Source: Candidatus Omnitrophota bacterium (GTDB lineage Bacteria > Omnitrophota > Gorgyraeia > JAHJTE01). Taken from it: DNA of 64,000 nucleotides. Below the pieces are notes generated by a model that saw only the letters and a list, made by a program, of their open reading frames with translations, was not told the origin of the DNA and ran no database searches. The DNA is taken from positions 257,332-321,331 of the forward strand of contig JAHJTE010000001.1 of assembly GCA_018830005.1 (NCBI GenBank), written 5' to 3'. Below are positions 58,573-64,000 of this stretch, in pieces. The translations under genes and the position numbers were made by a program. Each line of letters starts with the position of its first letter. Position 1 is the first letter of the stretch.

Positions 58573-59469
58573 ATGGCACAGAGTATCTTTGGTTTAATCG
58601 GTACATCATTAAAGCATAGCTTTTCGCCTGATATCCACAATGCAGTATTTAAAAAATTAGCAATAAATGCTCGCTATAGAATCTTCGAGCTGGAAGAGGA
58701 GCAGCTTAAGTCATTTTTATCCAGCGCCTTTGCAAAATCAATAAGAGGCCTTAACGTCACAATTCCCTATAAAGAGAAGGTAATACCTTTTTTGACTAGA
58801 TTAGATGCTGACACTCCCAGCGCTTTTACAATCGGAGCTGTCAATACGATTAAGGTAGAAGAGAGAGGGCTTACCGGCTATAATACTGATGGTGGTGGAT
58901 TTATTGATGCCCTTAACAGAATAGAACGGAGAGAAAATCATAGGCCCTTTGATTTTAAGAGTAAACTTTGTGTTATTCTCGGAGCAGGAGGAGCAGCTAA
59001 GGCAGTTGCTTTTGCTCTCGCCGCACAGAATGTAGGTGGTTTATATATTTACGATATCGACCACCCTAAGTCGAAAAAATTAGCGGCAGAGATAGGGTCG
59101 AAATTTCCTAAATCCTTTCCGCAAGCCTTAGAGAGTAAGGAGCAATTAGAGGCAATTGAGGACAGTCAGATTCTGGTAAATGCTACTCCTATAGGCATGA
59201 AGGCTACTGATGCGCCAGTAGTAAATGAGGATTTTTTGCATAAGGATTTATTTGTTTTTGATTGTGTATATAACCCCAAAGGCCGGCAAAGGACTATTTT
59301 GGTTGAGGAGGCAAGAAAAAAAGGACTGCGTGCCTTTGATGGCTTATGGATGCTAATATGTCAGGCTATCCGCTCGCAAAAGATATGGCTTGGCAGGAAA
59401 ATTCTGGAAGATGAAATTTTTAGAATTATGGCTGGGGCACTAGAAGAGAGGGGGCATCCTTTATGTTAG
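58573..59469 (+). CDS. aroE: shikimate dehydrogenase
   Basis: Contains SFSPDIHNAVF (S-x-S-P-x-x-H-N) and the NADP-binding GAGGAAKAV motif. Confidence 0.8.
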   Translation: MAQSIFGLIGTSLKHSFSPDIHNAVFKKLAINARYRIFELEEEQLKSFLSSAFAKSIRGLNVTIPYKEKVIPFLTRLDADTPSAFTIGAVNTIKVEERGLTGYNTDGGGFIDALNRIERRENHRPFDFKSKLCVILGAGGAAKAVAFALAAQNVGGLYIYDIDHPKSKKLAAEIGSKFPKSFPQALESKEQLEAIEDSQILVNATPIGMKATDAPVVNEDFLHKDLFVFDCVYNPKGRQRTILVEEARKKGLRAFDGLWMLICQAIRSQKIWLGRKILEDEIFRIMAGALEERGHPLC

Positions 59470-60236
59470 AGTATATTTTAGTATTTATAATCGCAAGTGC
59501 AGTAGGAAGTTTTCTTAATGTTTGTATTTATCGCATGCCGAAGAATGAATCAGTTATTATGCCTGGTTCGCATTGTCCGCATTGTGATAAGGAAATTAGT
59601 TGGTGTGATAATATTCCCATTTTGAGCTTTTTGATTTTAGGTGCAAGATGCAGAAAATGTAAAAAGAAGATAAGTATACGTTATTTTATCGTGGAACTTT
59701 TAACTGCATCTTTACTTTTGTTTTTGTACGTACAATTCGGTTTCACATTGAAATTTTTCATCTATGCAATCATTTTTTCAGGATTAATTGTTGCTTCCTT
59801 TATAGATTTGGAGCATCAAATTATTCCGGATGAGATTTCCGTTGGCGCTATTGTGTTGGGATTGATTGTTAATGTCGCCTTTCCCGGCCTGCATGGTTTT
59901 TCCAATTTAAAACAATCTCTTATTTTTTCAAGTCTAGGAATACTGATAGGTGGAGGCAGTCTTTATATTACAGGCATGATTGGAGACTTTATATTTAAAA
60001 AGGAATCAATGGGTGGTGGAGATATTAAACTACTTGCAGGTATCGGGGCTTTCCTGGGATGGAAAATAGCACTTTTAGTTTTTTTTGTTGCTCCCTTATT
60101 TGGGGCGATTATGGGATTGATAGTAAAGATAAGAAAGAAGATAAACGTTATACCTTATGGTCCATTTATTTCTTTGAGTACGTTTGTTGCGGTATTTTGG
60201 GGAGATAAAATAATTAATTGGATATTTAAGTATTGA
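59463..60236 (+). CDS. pilD: prepilin peptidase (A24 family, PilD/GspO-like)
   Basis: N-terminal Zn tetracysteine C-P-H-C...C-R-K-C and polytopic membrane peptidase domains. Confidence 0.85.
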   Translation: MLEYILVFIIASAVGSFLNVCIYRMPKNESVIMPGSHCPHCDKEISWCDNIPILSFLILGARCRKCKKKISIRYFIVELLTASLLLFLYVQFGFTLKFFIYAIIFSGLIVASFIDLEHQIIPDEISVGAIVLGLIVNVAFPGLHGFSNLKQSLIFSSLGILIGGGSLYITGMIGDFIFKKESMGGGDIKLLAGIGAFLGWKIALLVFFVAPLFGAIMGLIVKIRKKINVIPYGPFISLSTFVAVFWGDKIINWIFKY

Positions 60237-60275
60237 TGCCGCTTTTGGCGGAGTTTATTTATAGGAGGACATAAA

Positions 60276-61316
60276 ATGTTGCGCTTTCTGACAGCTGGTG
60301 AGTCACATGGAAAATTCCTCGTGGCTATTTTAGAAGGCATGCCTGCCGGCCTGAGACTTGATATCAAAGAGATTAATGAAGAATTAAGGAGGCGTCAGCA
60401 GGGAGTAGGACGCGGAGCGAGAATGCGCTTAGAGCGAGATAAAGTTTTTGCTATTACTGGCCTGGCAAAAGGAAAAACTATCGGCGCTCCCATCGGGATT
60501 ATTATCAAAAATTGCGACTCCAGCATTGATAGGTTGCCTTTGGTTTTGGTTCCCCGGCCAGGACATGCTGATCTGGCTGGTGTTTTAAAGTACGGATTCA
60601 ATGATGCACGCTGCGTTCTAGAGAGGGCATCTGCCAGAGAGACGGCAGCACGCGTTGCAGTGGGTGCAGTATGTAAAATTCTCCTAGAACAGTTCAAGAT
60701 AAAGATAAAATCTCGTATTTTAAGTATAGGCGGATTGAGAGGAATCTCTGAAATAAAAAAACTCATAGCCGCAGCAAAGAGAAATAAGGATACCTTAGGT
60801 GGAATATTCCAGGTCCAAGTAAAGAATTGTCTTTGCGGGTTAGGAAGTTACGTTCATTATGAACGTAGGCTCGATGGCATATTAGCTGGAGCGATTATGT
60901 CCATACCAGCTATTAAAGCAGTTGAGATAGGTATGGGTTTAGCCTGCAGTGAGAAGTTTGGCTCAGAGGTTCAGGACGTGATTCATTTTGCTAATGGTAA
61001 ATTCCTTCGTTTGACTAATAATGCGGGTGGCCTAGAAGGTGGGGTTACTAATGGCCAGGATTTAGTCATCAGGGCAGCTATGAAGCCCATTTCGACGTTA
61101 GGTGATCCTTTAGATTCAGTTAATATTAGAACTAAGAAAAAAGCAAAGGCCTCTGTTCAGCGTTATGATACCTGTGCTGTTGAGGCAGCAAGCGTTATTG
61201 CCGAAAATATGGTTGCTTTTTGTCTATCGCAAGCTTTCTTAGAGAAGTTTGGCAATGACAATATGGAAGATATTAAGGTAAGTTTAGCACATTACAGAAA
61301 GCGAACGCGAAGCTAA
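60276..61316 (+). CDS. aroC: chorismate synthase
   Basis: Begins MLRFLTAGESHGKFLVAILEGMPAGL. Confidence 0.9.
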   Translation: MLRFLTAGESHGKFLVAILEGMPAGLRLDIKEINEELRRRQQGVGRGARMRLERDKVFAITGLAKGKTIGAPIGIIIKNCDSSIDRLPLVLVPRPGHADLAGVLKYGFNDARCVLERASARETAARVAVGAVCKILLEQFKIKIKSRILSIGGLRGISEIKKLIAAAKRNKDTLGGIFQVQVKNCLCGLGSYVHYERRLDGILAGAIMSIPAIKAVEIGMGLACSEKFGSEVQDVIHFANGKFLRLTNNAGGLEGGVTNGQDLVIRAAMKPISTLGDPLDSVNIRTKKKAKASVQRYDTCAVEAASVIAENMVAFCLSQAFLEKFGNDNMEDIKVSLAHYRKRTRS

Positions 61317-61345
61317 TCTATTTGAACAAGTTTCAAGTTCTAAGA

Positions 61346-61370
61346 CCCCACATTATGCTGTGGGGTTTTG
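61346..61370 (+). terminator. rho-independent terminator (ccccaca-ttatgc-tgtgggg followed by TTTT)
   Basis: 7-bp GC-rich stem, 6-nt loop and a T-run, 30 nt after the aroC stop. Confidence 0.7.
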
Positions 61371-61405
61371 ACTTTTTAACTTATGTGACTAAGCTAGAGG
61401 TTAAG

Positions 61406-61434
61406 TTGACACATTCCTAAGGCGGTGTTAAAAT
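61406..61434 (+). promoter_or_regulatory. sigma70 promoter TTGACA-N17-TAAAAT upstream of aroK-dprA
   Basis: Consensus -35 and good -10 hexamers at 17-nt spacing, about 55 nt upstream of aroK. Confidence 0.5.
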
Positions 61435-61491
61435 TCAGGATATGATAAATAAGATTGCTGGATTGCATAACTTACTTTTTTTCAAGCTATT

Positions 61492-61998
61492 ATGAAAAAT
61501 ATCTATCTTGTAGGATTTATGGGCACAGGGAAATCTGCCGTAGGTAGGAAGCTGGCAAATAAGATAGAATCAAAGTTCGTTGACCTAGATCATTTTATTG
61601 AGAAAGAACAAGGCAGAACAATTAAAGATATATTTTCCCGAAACGGTGAGTTTTATTTCCGGACTCTTGAGAAAGAGGCAGTTAAAGAGGTCTGTGGACT
61701 TGAGTCTGTTGTTATTGCCTGCGGAGGGGGAGTTGTACTTGATGATGAAAATATGCAGAATCTAAAAGGGAGCGGGATTGTTATTTGTTTGAATTCGCGT
61801 CCAGAGGTGATATTAAAACGTTGTAAGGGACACGCTCATCGACCACTTTTAAACGTTGATAATCCGCTTTTGCGGATTAAAGAATTGTTAAGCTTTCGCG
61901 CACCCTTTTATGCAAAGGCGCAATTTTCTATAGATACCTCTGATTTAACTGTTGAAGAGAGCGTTGAGGAGATTTATAAACAGATCAATAAACTATGA
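61492..61998 (+). CDS. aroK: shikimate kinase
   Basis: Walker A GFMGTGKSAVG; 168 aa. Confidence 0.85.
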   Translation: MKNIYLVGFMGTGKSAVGRKLANKIESKFVDLDHFIEKEQGRTIKDIFSRNGEFYFRTLEKEAVKEVCGLESVVIACGGGVVLDDENMQNLKGSGIVICLNSRPEVILKRCKGHAHRPLLNVDNPLLRIKELLSFRAPFYAKAQFSIDTSDLTVEESVEEIYKQINKL

Positions 61999-62921
61999 CT
62001 GAGTTAGAGGCAAAGATTGCCCTTAATATGCTACCGGAAATTGGTAGTATACGGATAAAAAAATTATTAGATTACTATAAAAGCGCTAAGGCAGTTATTG
62101 AGGCTTCCCCTTTGGAATTAAATCGAATCTGCTCCCTGCCAAAAAATAAGACATTTAATTTTAGCTCATCCTTTAAGAGCGTTAATTTAAAGAGAGAATT
62201 AGAACTTATTGAAAAACTTAAAGTTAATGTAATTTCAATTGATAACCCCGAATATCCCGAGCTTCTTAAGAATGTCTATGATCCGCCGCCAATACTATAT
62301 GCTAAGGGTAAATTGCCACAAAAATCTATTAATATTGCTATAGTAGGTTCACGCCGTGCCTCTGGCTACGGGTTAAAGATGGCTAAAAAATTATCCTATG
62401 AATTGGCTTCTTGTTCGATTACTATTGTTTCAGGAATGGCGCGCGGAATTGATACTGCAGCTCATAATGGCTCATTGCAGGCCAGGGGCCAGACCATTGC
62501 TGTTTTAGGAAGCGGCCTTTCATATATATATCCTCCGGAAAATAAAAACCTATTTGCCCAGATTGCTGAATCTGGCGCAGTTATCTCAGAGTTTCCAATG
62601 CAGACGAGGCCTAATCCAGGTAATTTTCCTCGCAGAAACAGAATTATCAGCGGTCTATCATTAGGGGTTTTAGTGGTTGAGGCAGCCAAACGCAGTGGGG
62701 CCTTAATAACTGCCCGTTGTGCGTTGGAGGAGGGAAGAGATGTCTTTGCTATTCCAGGAGAAGCAGATTCAGAAACCTCCTTGGGTACGAATCAGCTGAT
62801 TAAAGATGGGGCTAAGCTGGTTGATAGTTTTGAGGAAATCATTTCAGAACTTAATATTGATATCCGTACCTCTTTGTTAAAGGATAAAAAAGAAGCTGAA
62901 ACCAAGGCAGATATACCTTGA
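61995..62921 (+). CDS. dprA: DNA-processing protein DprA
   Basis: Rossmann-like DprA domain (IAIVGSRRASGYG, SGMARGIDTAAH). Confidence 0.85.
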   Translation: MTELEAKIALNMLPEIGSIRIKKLLDYYKSAKAVIEASPLELNRICSLPKNKTFNFSSSFKSVNLKRELELIEKLKVNVISIDNPEYPELLKNVYDPPPILYAKGKLPQKSINIAIVGSRRASGYGLKMAKKLSYELASCSITIVSGMARGIDTAAHNGSLQARGQTIAVLGSGLSYIYPPENKNLFAQIAESGAVISEFPMQTRPNPGNFPRRNRIISGLSLGVLVVEAAKRSGALITARCALEEGRDVFAIPGEADSETSLGTNQLIKDGAKLVDSFEEIISELNIDIRTSLLKDKKEAETKADIP

Positions 62922-62948
62922 GTTTAGGATGAACCTACGAGGAGTCAG

Positions 62949-64000
62949 ATGGTTAAAAGAGAAAAGTCGTTAGTTATCGTTGAGTCGCCGACAAAGGCCA
63001 GGACAATATCTGCTATATTGGGCAATGATTTTGAGGTTGTTTCTTCAATGGGCCATGTTGTTGATTTGCCGCAGAAGAGCCTAGGTATAGATATAAAGGA
63101 TAATTTCAGACCTGATTTTGTAGTTATTCCGGGAAAAAATAAATTGTTAATGCAGTTAAAGAAAGAGGCCAAAACTAAAAAACATATCTATCTAGCCACA
63201 GATCCTGATCGCGAAGGTGAGGCAATAGGCTGGCATATAAAGTCCAAAATTGCAAACGCAAAAGATCCCAAGGATAAATTTTTAAGGGTGGTATTTCATG
63301 AGATTACTAAAGAGGCGGTCAGTGAATCGTTTTTACATCCTCAAAAACTAGATCGGGCAAAATTTGATGCCCAGCTTGCCCGCAGGATTTTAGACAGGAT
63401 TGTCGGTTATTTTTTAAGTCCGTTTCTCTGGCGAAAACTTGCCAGGGGCCTAAGTGCTGGTCGAGTCCAATCAGTTGCCCTACGTATTATTGTAGAGCGA
63501 GAGAGAGAGATTGCTAAGTTTACGCCGCAAGAATATTGGGAGATTGAGGCGAGATTAAGCAAGGAGGGAAAGGAAGATTTAGAAGGCCTTAATAAAGATG
63601 GTATTTTTAGCGCTAAGCTGGTTAAGATAGGCAAAGAGGTCCCAAAGATAACAGGCCATCTTCAGGCTGAATCAATAGCAGATGAAATTAAAAAAGAGGA
63701 GTTTAAAGTTTGCGATATAAAGGAGAATGAAAGAAAAAGATCAGCACTGGCTCCTTTTACTACTAGTTCCCTGCAGCAGGATGCATTTAATAGCCTGCGT
63801 TTCACAGCGCGCAAAACTATGATTATTGCTCAGCATCTTTATGAAGGAAAGGAGCTAGGTAAACTCGGGCCCACGGGTTTGATTACTTACATGCGAACTG
63901 ATTCTGTTAATGTTTCCCAGCAGGCCCTGTTTCAAGTAAGGGATTTTATAGTTAGTAACTTTGGTAGGGACTACCTTCCCCATAAACCAAATGCTTATAA
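62949..64000 (+). CDS. topA: DNA topoisomerase I, 3'-partial (runs off window)
   Basis: The ATG at 62949 follows the ribosome-binding site GGAG. The N-terminus SLVIVESPTKARTISAILG and the TOPRIM motifs DPDREGE match TopA. It is absent from the ORF track because no stop codon falls inside the window. Confidence 0.85.
   Translation, partial: MVKREKSLVIVESPTKARTISAILGNDFEVVSSMGHVVDLPQKSLGIDIKDNFRPDFVVIPGKNKLLMQLKKEAKTKKHIYLATDPDREGEAIGWHIKSKIANAKDPKDKFLRVVFHEITKEAVSESFLHPQKLDRAKFDAQLARRILDRIVGYFLSPFLWRKLARGLSAGRVQSVALRIIVEREREIAKFTPQEYWEIEARLSKEGKEDLEGLNKDGIFSAKLVKIGKEVPKITGHLQAESIADEIKKEEFKVCDIKENERKRSALAPFTTSSLQQDAFNSLRFTARKTMIIAQHLYEGKELGKLGPTGLITYMRTDSVNVSQQALFQVRDFIVSNFGRDYLPHKPNAY

Noticed and set aside
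1-64000. CRISPR arrays, IS elements, integrases, prophage genes, toxin-antitoxin pairs, restriction-modification or other defence systems
   Set aside because: No direct-repeat and spacer periodicity, no transposase or integrase-like ORFs, and no inverted terminal repeats were seen. The only repeats are the methyltransferase 5' duplication and short hairpins. The many methyltransferases are small-molecule or sugar class I enzymes in a glycan context, not DNA methyltransferases (no DPPY, ENV or PCQ motifs).

Overview
A 64-kb, approximately 38% GC contig from a Gram-negative-type bacterium (LpxB, MsbA-like exporter and two GT9 heptosyltransferases are present). It has two parts. Bases 1-32,324 form one almost uninterrupted plus-strand glycan-biosynthesis super-locus. 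It contains an O-antigen-ligase-like partial gene, two Wzx-type flippases, seven GT4, three GT2 and two GT9 glycosyltransferases, six SAM methyltransferases, two radical-SAM enzymes (one B12-binding, one SPASM/twitch type), a DegT aminotransferase, a WbqC-like protein, a PIG-L deacetylase, two NodB deacetylases (one frameshifted), two SGNH-like hydrolases (one an internally deleted pseudogene), a WecA/MraY-type initiating transferase, an ExeA-like AAA ATPase and a GT2 remnant. It also contains a LicC-like cytidylyltransferase, an organophosphate-antiporter MFS and a CDP-alcohol phosphotransferase as a trio, a ~100-bp near-identical duplicated methyltransferase 5' fragment flanking one GT4 gene, and no SDR-type dehydratase or epimerase and no sugar-nucleotide precursor genes. 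Bases 32,325-64,000 are housekeeping: a small membrane-protein gene, Lrp/AsnC plus a class-I aminotransferase, a convergent Gfo/Idh/MocA oxidoreductase and lpxB pair, msbA-like, rpsB-tsf-pyrH-frr, tRNA-Lys(TTT)/Leu(TAG)/Gly(GCC), ptsN-yvcK-ptsH-ptsI, a nucleotidyltransferase, metK-ahcY, pfkA plus class II aldolase, ilvD-ilvB-ilvN-ilvC-leuA, a hypothetical, aroE-pilD-aroC, aroK-dprA and partial topA. No CRISPR array, rRNA or recognisable transposase or integrase is present. The candidate novel modules are the kinase-less CDP-alcohol trio, the DegT plus twitch/SPASM radical-SAM plus WbqC trio, the B12 radical-SAM, and the PIG-L plus WecA plus ExeA-ATPase operon. All functional calls come from reading motifs and family-level similarity by eye; no database search was run.
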